Below, in pieces: positions 13,222 to 28,069 of a stretch of DNA of 64,000 nt. The first letter of the stretch is position 1, and every line of letters starts with the position of its first letter. The notes below the pieces were generated by a model, which was not told where the DNA came from, did no database searches, and saw only the letters and a list, made by a program, of their open reading frames with translations. Both the position numbers and the translations under genes were made by a program. The DNA comes from Calcarisporiella thermophila CBS 279.70 (taxonomy: Eukaryota > Fungi > Calcarisporiellomycota): the NCBI RefSeq assembly GCF_041956535.1, contig NW_027192192.1, forward strand, positions 1,385,985 through 1,449,984, read 5' to 3'.

Positions 13222-14033
13222 TGGATGTAGGATGTCGGGGGGGATTACTGCCGTCCTGGGGCTGTGACAGTATACGTTGTGTGTATGTATAACCTATCCA
13301 CGAAAGAAAGAAAGGAGATATCTCTCTCTATCTATATATTTAATAGCGGATAAGCTCCTTAATCTTTTTTTTCGTTGGCGCTACGATTGCTTCTTTGCGT
13401 ATTTTATCCTCATAGATATACCGTATCATACGAATGTATTTTTTTTCCTCTCCTTTTTCTTTCCGCCGCCATATGTTTTTCTCGTATTTTCCCCTCCCAT
13501 GTCTACTCATTTACTATCTCTACTATTTATGAATGATAGTGGCTCTCCATCAACTTATCCCAGGAATAAAGCAACGGGTTCAATAGTATCCCGCCTTCTA
13601 TTCTATAGAAGCATGTTAAATTTCACGCGATCATGGGTGGAGCAAGGGCCCATCTGAATTGGGCATGTGTAAAAAACTGGGCAACAAAGAGGTACTATTA
13701 ATAAGGAATTTTGAGAGTGCCGATTGCCTAGCTGAGCGTCTCCTCTCAGGGCTGAGCCTATTCATCGCCACCCCATCGACAGAAACAGCGCGATAGGGGT
13801 GCAGTTTTCATTCTTCGCTAGAGCCCTGGGGCATCCCCCTCATTTTCCGAAAATAAAAACCAAAGTTCTATTCTATTGTGATCCAAAGTCCTTTAAAAAA
13901 TAAAATAGAGTAAAGAAAAACAAGTATCAAAGACAATGCACATGAATTCGAAGTTGAGTCGACTCCATGGTCGTTAAATAGCATAGGAAGCACGGTCTAG
14001 AGCGATGAAACCAGGTCGACGCCCCACGTAGGT

Positions 14034-15127
14034 CTATAGGTTCTCGCGCGAGATGAGATCGATGATCCGGCTCACCAGCGATTGCATCTCCAAGGCACGC
14101 TTCGCGCTCATGGCCAACACCTCCTCGTGGGTCGCGGTGTACTCGGGCCCATCGGCCAAGCTGTCGCCGCGCTCTTCGGCCTCCTCTGCCGAAAGCGACG
14201 GGCGGGCCACGACTTGGTTGGTGACCAAACTCAGGCCCAAAATTTGAAGCCCGCAGTGCTTAGCAACAATGATCTCGGGCACGGTCGACATTCCCACCAC
14301 ATCACCGCCCAGCGAGCGCAAGAAGCGGGCCTCCGCGGGAGTTTCGTAGCTGGGGCCACCGACGTAGCAGTACACACCCTCCTTGAGGACCTTGGGTTGG
14401 AAGCTAAGCTGCTTGGCGGCACGGAAGGCAAGGCGGCGAAGCGCGAAAGTATACGCATCGGACACGGCAGGGAAACGGGTACCGAACTGCTCGAGATTGG
14501 GCCCACGCAGAGGGTTATTGCCAGCGAGGCCGCCAAGATTGATGTGGTCAGTGAGCACGGCGACATTACCGACCCCGAAATCGGGGTTCAACGAACCGGC
14601 AGCATTGGTAACTATAGGGCGAATGGGGATGAGCTAGCATGGGGGAACAGACTAGAAACAACGAGCACTATACCGATCAGGGTCTTGATGCCGAGGAGGG
14701 CCATAACGCGCACCGGGAGCGTCACCTGGAGCAAAGAATGACCTTCATAGTAGTGGAAACGACCAACCATGAAGATGGCAGGCGTCTTCTCCTCTCCGAT
14801 GAGACCGAACACTAGTTTGCCCGCATGACCAGCGACTAAAGTTGGTAGAATGGGGTCAAAACGATGTTAGAGATGGCGGCATCGGTTAATGCTAGCAGAC
14901 AGAAGCATACCTGTGCTCACCACGAATCCAGGGATCTCCGAGTATGCGAATTCAACCTTGGTCTCCTTGTCGAGGGTGTCGACCAGGCCTCCCAACCCAG
15001 ACCCACAAATAATGCCGACCTTAAGCTTGGGGGGCTTCAGATGATCGGGGAGGCGCGCAGAGATATAGGCAGCGCTCTCCTCGTAGATGCCAGTGTTGAT
15101 GCTTTCGAGTGAATTGTGCCCTGTCAT
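14034..15127 (-). CDS. PNP1: Purine nucleoside phosphorylase (trimeric type)
   Basis: GIICGSGLGGL, STVAGHAGKLVFG, GRFHYYEGH, TNAAGSLNP, GGPSYETPAE, VGMSTVPEI, LSLVTN; three introns. Confidence 0.93.
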
Positions 15128-16624
15128 GGTTCGTCGGTAGAATGGACAAAAAAAAATAAAAGAATGGGGGGAGAAAGTGAGGAGCAAATGCTTTGAAAAC
15201 GCTTTAAAATATAAGCGTGACTGCAACTGTCGCTGATATCCACAAAGCTTAAGCTTAGGTTTTCACACAGTCGGGTTGGAAAATTTCACCTCAAATCAAA
15301 GTTTCATGAACTCTCAGGCACAGCTCCTAGGGGTATGAAGGCCCTATCCTGCTCTATGACTGCGTAGGATGTGGTATGCGACAAGAAAGTCATCCAAATA
15401 GCTCCTTCCCAAAGCATGCACGCTAGCCAGAGCATCCTGGTTTATTATTGGCATTGCAGCTCGTTGCGAGATAGCTTTGTAACGGTCACGCCGGGTAGAA
15501 AGATGCGGATGGCTTCTTCTGCAGGCAATATGCCTCGGATAGATGTTTACTCCAACCCCATTGTTGGGCGCTAGCTTGGGGGATGCCGTTGAGTATCCTA
15601 CTGCATCGCCAAGGTCATGATTCGCTCTTTCCTCTTCTCCAACTCAGTGATCCCCATAAACGGAAAACACCCATGACCTGATACTGGAGAAATACAGGTC
15701 CAGCTGTGCCGAAGTTGCCGATTTCCTCAGCTTGCATTTGGCGATTTTAATTTCAGCCACAAGTTGCTCTGCCGCCTTTCAGAATAGCAGTCCCATTCGA
15801 AGTGTACAGGAACCTCGATCCTGGATCTCTTCTTCGCACCAAAGATCCAAACAACGAATGCTTCTAGGGCGAGGCTTCCCCATAAACTGCCGCCACCAGC
15901 GAACGAGGCAGAGGAAGCCAATGTGGATCAGAGGGATAGGCTATTCAAAGCACGATGCCGATCGCTATTGCCAGCCTCTCTCGCCCAAGAAACAAGCTTT
16001 GTGTGTGTTGCAGGTTGAGATCTCGAATGGCTCTAGATCACGACGCCGGTATGTCGTTGCTGCTCTGAAAAGCGCCTATGCATCCGCGGAGCCCCATTCA
16101 TCAGCTCCATCTTCTCAAATAGAAAATTGCCCATCTCACGCCTATCGGGGGCGATTTTTCCAGAGCGAAGGCATTCTGGCCGAGAACGGCGAGGCCAAGC
16201 GTGGTGGGGAAAGCGGTAGTAGGGCTTATCCCATCTAAGAATGGGCCACGTGTTCGGCAGTTTCACCAAACACCGCGATGCGTCTCCACGCCCTCCCGAT
16301 TACGTCTCCCTTTTTGTTTGCTAGAAACTTCTGCACGAGGTGTTCGACGAGGTTCGAGGGTAATTTTGACTATTTCTCATCGATACGTAAGCCAATCATG
16401 CCAAGAGCGATTTCTGTATTATAACCCGCGGCTGTAATTTATCCCCGTGCCGCACCGAGCGAAATACGTAACCTCCAATCCGGCGTTTCTCCCACGGAGG
16501 CAGTATATATTAAAGCCTCTCGAAATGCTGCTTCTGATCCATATTAATTTGCCCGATTATCAAACTAACCCAAGCTGTATCCTTAATTCCACTTTTTCCA
16601 CTCCACTCTTCGACACCATACACC

Positions 16625-17309
16625 ATGTCTGCCACTGCTACTGCCATCACACTTGCGCTTCCTAAGGAATACGGCTACGTTCTCGCGACGGGCGTTGCTT
16701 CCTACGTGCTCTTGATGGGCCTGGGGGTAATTATTTCTTTCCATACTGTCTAGGCTCGTCGACATTAACTTGTGCGCGATTTTCTCCAGATCTCGGTCGG
16801 AGGACAGCGAAAGCGCGCCCAGGTTCCTTATCCCTATCTCTACGCTGATACGGCCGAGGCGAAAGAGGATAAGAAGAAGTACATCTTCAACTGCTATCAG
16901 CGCGCTCATCAGGTATGCCATATTGAGGGAATGGGCTCGCCACTTGGCGAGCTTATGCAAGGGGCAGCCATGTTTTTATTCTAATGGTTCTATTGCGAAC
17001 GAATTAGAACACCCTTGAATTCTACCCCATCTTTATTTCCTCGCTCTTGATCTCCGGATTGAAGCACCCTTACATTGCCACCGGTGCCGGTGTAGCCTGG
17101 ATTCTCGGTAAGAAAGAATGAATCCTGACATTTTTATGCCAAGAGTTTGACCGAGTCTGGGTGGGGATGGAATAGGACGCATTGTCTACGCGCGTGGCTA
17201 CCAAACCGGTGACCCAAGCAAGCGGAACCGGGGAGCATTCCATTTCCTCGCCCTCACCACCCTCATGGGAGCTGCGGCATCGACTGCCTACCAACTAATC
17301 ACGCTCTAA
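16625..17309 (+). CDS. MGST3: MAPEG family microsomal glutathione S-transferase 3
   Basis: Spliced: LPKEYGYV...RKRAQVPYPYLYA...FNCYQRAHQNTLEFYP...WILGRIVYARGYQTGDPSKRNRG; three introns. Confidence 0.92.
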
Positions 17310-18767
17310 TGTGAACTTTCTCTGTGCTCCATAATAAATTCATCCTCATTCTGGTCCTCTAGCTTTTGCGCTGTGATCGATGTCATTTTAGCCAAATCTT
17401 GTCTGCATTTTTCTGAAGAGACTGGGGTAATGGCCGAAGAATCGGCTCTAGGTGTAATCTCCATAAAGACGCAAGCCAAAACCGAGTGGTATGTCCACTT
17501 GAAGTCCAAAAAGTTCTCATGATATTCCCCCAATAATAAGGGGTGCACTGAATCAAATTTCTTCAAAACGCCCTCAGTAGATGGCCCCTAATTTGAGCTG
17601 CCTGTATATGGGCCGCCCTTTTACAATAACACTTTCTTCTAAACTATAATATGCATGACAAAAGACCTATGGGGGTCCAACGCTCCGTGGCTCGTACCTA
17701 AAAAGCGAGTGCATGCAAATAGAGCGGCCTCATATACATAGGAAAATGGTCATGTTAATTTTCTGCATTCCTCCAAACCAACCTTTATATACCAATATAA
17801 TAAATTGAATAGATATTCATTGACATACAGTGTTAGTTTGCTAACGCTATATACACTCCATTCGCATTTCCCCTTTTCTCTTTCCTCCCTTAGGGACAGT
17901 GGTAATGTGTTGTTAGTAGAGTATGGCTCAGGTACTGGAGACTTCAAACGAGGGGCGTAATCTTGTATACTGCCTTGCAGAGTGTGAAGACCGATGCTAT
18001 CTGTCGCAGAGCTTACTGGCTACAGACGAACGCCAGGCCTTGAGCCGGGCGAGTTTCACCCTCCACCTCCGACTTTGATCCTCCGAATAGGCCACACTTT
18101 GTGTAAGCACCCAGACGCGCAAGCACTTAAAGCGTACTGCAAGTCTTTTGATTTGAACGGTTTGTACACATGGAGCCTGTCAGGGCACTAAACTCGAGTC
18201 TCCGTCACCGCACTCTCCATTCAGTTTGGCAATCCACGGTTGCTATTTTCCCGTTCAGGATCCATTGCATATGCCCCACTTCCTCGGAAACTCTGCTACT
18301 TCGAGAGACAATTTATTTTGGGCTCGATATGGCCACCTAAGATCCTCGTTCCTCGCATACCGTGGTAGAAGAATACGCGTGCTTGCTTGACCAGAATTCT
18401 ACCTTAACATGTCAACAACTGGAGCATGTTTTCTATCGGGGACTCTGGTTTGCTTCCCGTAGATTCCATTCAACCCTTCTCCCTCGGCCGACGAACAGAA
18501 TTAATAACGTAAATGCAAGGGATACTTACGGATATCCGACTGACGAGCCGGGCAAAAGGAACCAAGGAAGAAGCTATTTCTTGGCGAGGATTTTGGCCCA
18601 TCCTAGCGCGGGAGTCATCATAACGGGTTTAAAGACGCTTCAATATATAGTATACTCAACACCGTTGTCGTTTATTATTCGACACTAGGTAATAGCATCA
18701 AAGCGGCAAACGAAATTTAGAAATTTAGCCCGTCTTCTGCTCCCTCGCATAGATAGCTTTAGTCAGA

Positions 18768-19888
18768 ATGCTTGAGGTGCGGTACCTGTCGAAACGAAAG
18801 CCCAATGGCAACTGGCTCTTCAAAGTATACCCGAGCTTGCTCCTCCTTTGTGGGCAAGATGCAAGAGATTAACATCTGATCTTCCCGTCTGTCTGCAGGG
18901 AATCGATTTCAAGCTAAAACATGGCGAAATAATGGTGATTCGTGGCCCAAGTGGATCCGGGTAAGCCCTACCTACTGCTAACTTTCCCGAGGCTTGCCCC
19001 TGCTCCATTCCTCCACTTGGTCTCATCTCTCTTTTCTCTTGTTCGCGAGATTAGTAAAACGACCCTCCTGAAGTGCATCGCGGAGTTGATAGACCACGAG
19101 GATGGGCAGATATATCTTGACGGAAAGTAAGTGGTCATGAATGAGAATCCAAAAGTGATCCTGATTGCCGACTAATCCATCCGACCTAGGACATGCATCG
19201 ACTACGGCATTCCAGAGTGGCGCTCTCGTATCACATATGTGCCACAGCGGCCGCCTTCTCTCCCCGGATCGCCCCGCGATTTCCTTGAGAGGGTGCGAGG
19301 ATACGCATCGCAGAAGCACAAAAGCTTCGAAGATCCCGTGAGTTGCCTATATTTACTTTCGCTTTTTGTCTCGATCCCTTCTCACCCCTGTTTTCGGTGT
19401 TGACCAACTTCTTGGGCAAATAGGTGGCTATCTCCAACGGATGGAACGTGCCTGAGGATCTTTGGTCCAAAGAGTGGAAGAATCTCTCGGGCGGAGAAAT
19501 GCAGCGCATCTCGCTAGCCATTGCCATTTCGCTGGCACCCGATGTGCTGTTGTTGGACGGTATGCACGTTGAAATTTTATCTCTGGGCTAGGCTCTCTTT
19601 GCTCTTCTCTAATTCCAATACGGGCTCACTCTTTCGCTCTAATGCATCCCCCCCCCCCCCCCAGAACCCACTTCTGCTCTCGATCCTGAGAGCGCTGAGC
19701 TCGTGGAACGCACCCTCATAAAGCGCCGGATGACATGCATATGGGTCACGCATTCGCCGGAACAAGAGAAGCGTGTTGCAAAAAAGACGCTTTCTCTGGA
19801 CGGAGAGGGGAACGGACAAGAGCGGGTGAATGGGCGTGGCCATGGCGATGGCTCCGAGGGAAACAATGGAGTAGCTATAGACATGTAA
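18768..19888 (+). CDS. Stand-alone ABC ATPase (single NBD, no TMD; FetA/YbbL/STAR1-like)
   Basis: Spliced Walker A GPSGSGKTTLL, Q-loop YVPQRP, signature LSGGEMQR, Walker B VLLLDEPTSALD, H-loop WVTHS; five introns. Confidence 0.85.
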
Positions 19889-20181
19889 ATCTTGAATGGG
19901 AAGTCCACCCTACACCACTTCTTTTAGCATCGTATTTTTTATTATATACTTCGTGAAGCAGAAGAACAATAGATAAACTCTTTATTTCTAATATAAAAAA
20001 AATAAGAGAACATCAACTATATATACTGTGAAGAGGAGAGAGAGACACGTGGAAATATACAGAAAGGGGAGGGGAGTAGGGCATGCTGGAGCAATTAGCG
20101 AAATAGAATCGGAACAGAGTCATCAAAAGTGGGGAATAGTACAGGGTCTCTAGATGAGTGGAGGATGGAGGCGGGGGTGCG

Positions 20182-20920
20182 CTATTGCTCCCAGAGATAA
20201 TTCGTGCTGAAAAAGGGGGAGTACTTGTCGTCGAAAACAAGCGTGCGCACGTCATTAGCGTCCTTTGACACTATTCGCGCCTTGGTGAAGTTACCGCACC
20301 CATCTTCCACAAGATCGATGCCTAGCTGGCGACATAAGTGTAGCTTTAACCTAGGGGAGAGCATGTTTTGTATTTGGGTCAGAATTTGAAGGTCAAGGGA
20401 ATCGCTTTCCCTTATTTTCATCGGCTCACTTACAAAGTCTCGTCTGGGGGAATATCTTTTTCCTCCTCCTCCTCCCGATCCAGCTCCGCCATTTCTTCTC
20501 TCAGCTGGTGGAGCGTTGCCTCCAGCGCGCCAACCGATTGCTCCACCTGATTGATTCCCTTTGCAAGCGCGTACTTTTCACGGTCAAGCGCAAGCATCCG
20601 GTCGCTCTGCTCCATCTCGTCTGGAGCACCCTTGGGACGCGTTGCATTCTGCTTGGTCAGTTCAAGCTGTCGGTTCAATGCTACAAGCACAAACAGATGA
20701 TGGATGGGGCGTTAGTTTGGGCAGCGGAGCAACAACGTGACCGGCCACAATTACCAAGCAGGATGTCGCGGGTCTCAATGCTCTGTTTCTTCTGCGCCTC
20801 CTCCGTCTCGCGCATCACATTACGGATTTTGCTAATGATCTCAAGTTCCTCCGTGGGCACAAACGATTCTGTGGCCTTTTGGAGAAACTCGCGCGTTTGA
20901 TTGAATGTTTCCGCCGCCAT
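20182..20920 (-). CDS. SPC24: Kinetochore Ndc80-complex subunit Spc24
   Basis: Coiled coil with LDREKYALAKGIN, then LKLHLCRQLGIDL...YSPFFSTNYLWE C-terminal globular domain; two introns. Confidence 0.85.
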
Positions 20921-22970
20921 TCTTCTAGTGTGAAAAGATGCAGGCTCCGTCTCCACCTTGGTGAGATTTACGCGTAGGGCAATTTCGCGTGACGTAACCT
21001 CTGAGCCTCCGCATCGATCTCCCGCTCCTTGGAGCCCATTTTCTGGGCCGGCCCTTTGCATTTTGACTGCGAGTAATTAACCTAATATTAGGAAATGGAT
21101 TTCTTTCCTCTCGTTAGTGTTTTCACCACGCATTTTGATAAGGTTTATTATGCTCGAGCTCCCCACTGTAAATCAAACAAGCTGAGGAAAATGTGTCCAA
21201 GAGTTAACGTCACTATAGCAGTCGATTTCTTTTTTAGCCAAAAATCGAAACCCGCGCTAGTACTATTCCTGCTTATATGAAATTGACTAAGAATTTGCTA
21301 AGATGAAACGAATCCGACCGATTCCCCGCTACCGTGGCCTGCATGGAGAATGGATGCGATCCTCCCTTCCTCAAGACATGGGAAAATCGTTGGAGAAGCG
21401 GCCTCTCCGCCAAACTCCCCTCATAGGCCCATTCCACAGGAAACGTTTGGGAGGTCGGTCGAGATTACAATGAGGGACACGATATGGAAATAATGCAAAG
21501 GAAAGCTATGCCTCAGGGCGCTATGGCCGAAACCGATCGGACTCTGCTCCCCCTTTGTCCTTAACTCCCCTCCACACAAGCGATCCTTTCCCATGCAATG
21601 CTAGTGCGAACAAGGGTCTTACTAGATCTTGCTTGGTAGGCTTAAGGGGTCGTTTCATTCCCCTCCTCATCTATCCTTTCCAGGCAGGCATCGGCGGAAG
21701 CTGTCACAAGGTACGGCGGGCGACTAGAATGGGAGAACATCCTTGGGCTTGGTTTTACTCCATTGAGCAAGCGGATCGCCGTCCGTTTATGGAGCAAATA
21801 CAACTCATAACGGCAAAGAACAGAGAGAGCCCGCGAGCTACAATGGGGAGCGATAGGCGGCGTAGCAGGAGATCCACCCAGGAGCGGTGAAACTTGCCCT
21901 CCGCTTGCGTGCAAAGGGCACAGGGGCCACACAGCCGCAGGGCGATGAAACCTGGCAGCTCCCTTCAGAGGCGGCCGCCCAGGGTCGCCCGGCTGAGTCT
22001 TGTCTGGCATTGACCCGTCCCCGAGGTCGAGCGCGATTTTGAAAGAGGTGCATGCGCAGGGCCATATTGGGGCAAGATCGGACAATAAGAAGGCAGAGCT
22101 AGGATTGGAAAACTCCGATAGGTCGTGGGAGAGGAACGCGCGTCAAGTCATTTTGAAAATCGCCTTACTCTTACTGCTCCTCAATGCATGGGGGCCGCTC
22201 GCGAAAGGGAGGGAGGTGGGGGGATTCCATTTGCTGGCTCGCCGGCAAGCTAACCAGCTAACCGCTGGAAATGAGTCTCTCATCCTCTCATTTCCTTTTT
22301 CTTCGAGCCGCCTCTCTTCTTCTCCTCCCCCGCCAATTTGGCGGAGCGTTCCAGGCTTCTCCACATTCCTGCCAACCGCAATTTTTTCGTTTTCTCTCTT
22401 TTCGATAGGAGCCACCTACATACATATGTACATACACACGCGCACATACGCACATACATACAAGTTCAAGCCGACGTCCTTGGCCTTTTGTGATTCCCTG
22501 AACCAACCAACCACGCCCGCCTCCGTTGAGATAAGGGAAGAAAAGCATCCAAGCTCACACGCACTCCAGACCCATTCATTTTTATTTATTTTGAAAATCC
22601 TCTCCATTGCCAATTTTTCTCTCGCAAAGGAAGGAGAGGAAAATCCAACTTACAGCTTTTCACTCCCACTTTAAACGCCCCTCTTGCTCTCAACGTTTTG
22701 TTCCGCGTCTTTTTTTTTCCCCTCTCCTCTTCTACTCAGATATCATCACTTTCCTCTCCTTCCTCCCCATCTTCATTTGCTTGGCTTATATGAGTAGCTA
22801 ATACCCCGCCTGCCTAACCCCTCGTTTTTCTTCACCAAGAAAAAACCAGCGTCTCTATAGCTCTATTCTTTGGCACTGTTGCCTCCCCCTCATCCTCCCC
22901 CTCCTCCCCCCTCCCTCTTCTTATATCGCCTTTTCAGCGTTTATATCCTCCACCTATACTTCAAGCCAGG

Positions 22971-24221
22971 ATGATGGCCATTCAACAGCCTTCTCCTTTC
23001 AACCACGACCTAAGCAGTTACCCTCCTGCCTCTACGGAGGCAACCCCGCACTGCGTTGAGCATGAAGAGAAGTGGTCGGAATATGAGGTAAGCCTCGCGA
23101 GGTCTTCCATACGATTTTTTTTGGTACATTGGAGGAGCAGCTCTCTCTAACCCTGGACGCTTGGATGGGGTGGGGAACGTACAGGACGGTCTATTGCGCA
23201 ACGCGGTGCAAAAGTTCAGCGGCAAAGCGTGGAGAAAAATTGCAGAGTACTGTTTTCCGGACGGAAGGCGCGACAAGAATGCCTGCATGCTGCGGTGGAG
23301 AGAGCTCTCACGGCCCAAGTCCTCCGTCAAAGGCCCATGGACCGCGGAGGTAGGGATTGTCTGCCGGCCAGAATGCGGGTAGTGAGGTTGGATGGCTAAC
23401 AGCGGGTTCTTTCTTTTTATCCCTCCTAGGAGGATCGCTACTTGCTCAGCCTGGTGAATGAGCTTGGCCCTGAGAAGTGGGTGCTTATTGCATCGCGCCT
23501 TGGGACCCGTACCGGCAAGCAGTGCCGCGAACGCTGGCACAACCACCTCGACCCCACGATTGACAAGTCGCCCTTCACCCCCGAAGAGGAGGCGCTTGTC
23601 TTCAAACTGTACGAGCAGATGGGAAGTAAGTGGGCCGAGATCGCGCGCACCATGGCTTGCTATGGGGTCCGCCGGAGCGACAACCAGCTGAAGAACCTGT
23701 ACAATACGGCGATGCAGCGAAGAAAGCGCCATGCCATGAACAGCGCCGCGTCCGGTGGCGAGGGCGGCGGAGAGTCAGGCGCGAGAATTGATAAATTCAG
23801 CGCCCTGATCTCGAGAAGTCCCACTCATCGTTTCGAGCCCTACTTCAGCCAGCGCCGGCGTATCTCGCTTCCCAATTTCCATAGCAAACATAGCCGTCCT
23901 CCCTCACCCGATTGCTTCGTGCTGCACCAGCAGCACCCCCCTTTCTCCGCCCACGATGGATCTCTCCTGACCCCACCCGAAACCCCAGACGTCGCCTCGG
24001 GGGGAAGCCCGTTCAGCGAACCTCACCTTACCCCCCCGCCGTCCGAATCCCCCTCCATTGACGCGCTGTCAGTGCTGGCGGGGGTGGCAGAGTGGGCCGC
24101 CGACAAACGGCGCCAGGACAATTTGTCAGACTCGGAGGAAGCACCCTCCAGCGAGGAGCTGCATCGCACCAGGAGGAATCCCATGCGCATCGATGTCATT
24201 TGTTCCAAGACCTCTTCATGA
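22971..24221 (+). CDS. Three-repeat Myb transcription factor
   Basis: KWSEYE|DGLLRNAVQKFSGKAWRKIAE...RW; KGPWTAE|EDRYL...KWVLIASRLGTRTGKQCRERWHNHLDP; FTPEEE...GSKWAEIAR...RSDNQLKN; introns at about 23088-23184 and 23350-23429. Confidence 0.9.
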
Positions 24222-25304
24222 GCCACTCTTCTTGCTTCTATGTTAACCGTGCCCGTAGAAATCCATGTTATAATTTGCATTTTTCTTTCTTCTTTTTTTT
24301 TTTTCTCTTCCTTCCATTTGTTTCCTCTTTTTTTTTCTCACTTTATTTTTCTTTATCCCTTTTTCTCATTTTTCTTATCTCACGATTTTCTTTTTTAATC
24401 CTTCCGTTCCCTTTCTCCGTGCTACTGGATCCCCTCCGTTTTTCATCCCGCTGAGCACGGTTGGGACCCAGGGTTGACTTTAAAAAAAGTTTTCACGTCA
24501 TCCTTTCTTTCTTTTTGGCTTCAGTTTCTATTTCTTGTCCTATTCTCTATTTTCTTTTTTTTTATTCAATAAAAGAAAGAAAAAAAAGAAGAATGGAAAG
24601 AGGTCTAAACAGGATCGAATTGGTTGCGAATGACGTAGAATATACAGCCTATGCATACCATGATAGAGTACATACTATGCACATGCATGACCCGGAATTT
24701 TCGGCCGTGTGACGGAGAACAGCAAAAGCCGATTGCCCTAGTCTAAGGCTGGGATCTGGGCTCTGAAACAGTCACCACGGTACGACAATTTTTTAGATTG
24801 TCCGAGCCATACGAGACAAACTGCGCGCTAGAAAAGGAGGGCTCAGGAGAAATTGGGTTGGGGGAATCAGAAGTTTCCATCCTTCTTATGAAAAGGGCGG
24901 CTGATCAAATCGGCCGGCCAAGACTGCAAGGCGTTGGCTAATAATAGACCAGCAGGATTCATAGCGCTAGCGGTAGCTTGCTAAAGCCAAACCTCGCGAA
25001 AACCGGTCTGTACGCGCGCGCCCCTTGCGGTCTAGCCCATGGCGCCCAAGCGGATAGCGCGTCTCGCCTAACCCATTTCTGAATAGAGGCAAGGCCTCCA
25101 AACTCTAAAAATTCTTACACAAATTTGACATATTCATTCACTCAAGCCACAGGTCCGAAAATAATAAATGCATTCAAAATTATCTTCCGGCGGAAGACTT
25201 GAGTATTTTTTTTTATTTTCGCAATTGACCCATCCCCATCTCGCCCCGTTTCTTGGGTTCCAGCGACTCAATATTCTCGATAATCTCTCCGTTTCCGAAT
25301 CCTC

Positions 25305-26924
<1,620 letters not shown>

Positions 26925-27354
26925 ACCTACCCTGCTCCTCCTCCCCCCTCGTGCGCACCCTCTGCCCCTCCCCCCCCATCCCCCTTCCTGGGTCTCGATA
27001 ATTTATTCACTATTCATATATCCGCTCTCCAGCTGAACTCGTACTCCTTTTTTATTTTCAACCGCCACTCCACTCTCCCCTTGTTGATCATGACAGCAGC
27101 TTATGTACGATAGAGTCTTTTATTTCTTAATATTATCTATTTTGATGTAGATTGTTTTCCCCTCCATTTGTCCAATTATGATATCCAATATACTCTTCCA
27201 CCTGCGAAAGCTCTGCTACCCTCCTGTGCAATTCTCTATTCTTTTTTTTTTTTTCGTTTAAAAAATTGTCTCTAGGTGTGTATAAATAATCTATCGGTGT
27301 AAAGTGGCGATCCAATGGAATGGCTAGGGAACTCTATGTACGGAGGCCGAGCGG

Positions 27355-28069
27355 TCATGTCGTTTTATCGTTAGAAGAGGAGATCTGAAGAGTTACGGGT
27401 CCCGAGTTGACAATATGCACCTCCATCATGGCACCAAACTCTCCATCTGCCGGTTTCCCGCACGCCCAAAAGCAGGAGGGGAAAGTCAGTACACTGCAGT
27501 AACACTACAAGTCGCTTTGCATGGGCTCTTTACCTTTGATCTTGGTCGGGTCATACGCTTCCCCGAGCTTCTTTTTGAAGGTCTCGTACATCGCGCGCGC
27601 TTGCTCGCTTTTCATGGCCAAATGGAAATCGGGCTTATTTCCCTTTGTGGTCTGGCCCCAGAGCGTGAACTGCGACACTAGAAAGCAGCCAGATGGGATC
27701 ATTCCCCCGTGGTTATGTCAACGATGCGTGGAATCAACCCGAGGGGCATCGAAGCAGAGCTTACCACACATAATCTCCAGGCCCAAGTCCTTCACGCTCC
27801 GTTGCCACATCCGCCGCTCTTCTCCCTCCCCACTCTCGAACACTCGCACATTCAAAATCTTTTTCACTATGTAGTCGATGTCTTTCTCGGTGTCATCGAC
27901 GCTGATCCCGAGGAGGACGCAGATCCCGCGGCCGATCCGACTTATCTGTGCACCATTGACTGAGGTGAAACGATGTCAAAACACCTGCTGGGAGCCGAAT
28001 CGAATCGACAAACAATCCAAGATTACCTGTGACACTCGCTTCGGAGACTCTTTGAAGTACGGCGCGCAT
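27355..28069 (-). CDS. DTD1: D-aminoacyl-tRNA deacylase
   Basis: MRAVLQRVSEASVTV, VSQFTLWG..KGNKPDFH, GEFGAMMEVHIVNSGPVT; three introns. Confidence 0.93.

Noticed and set aside
13745-13830. SECIS element on the minus strand (ATGA...GA)
   Set aside because: Core geometry and apical AA do not fit, and PNP1 has no in-frame UGA.
21555-22801. ORFs up to 224 aa upstream of the Myb gene
   Set aside because: Low-complexity promoter/UTR-like sequence with no protein features.
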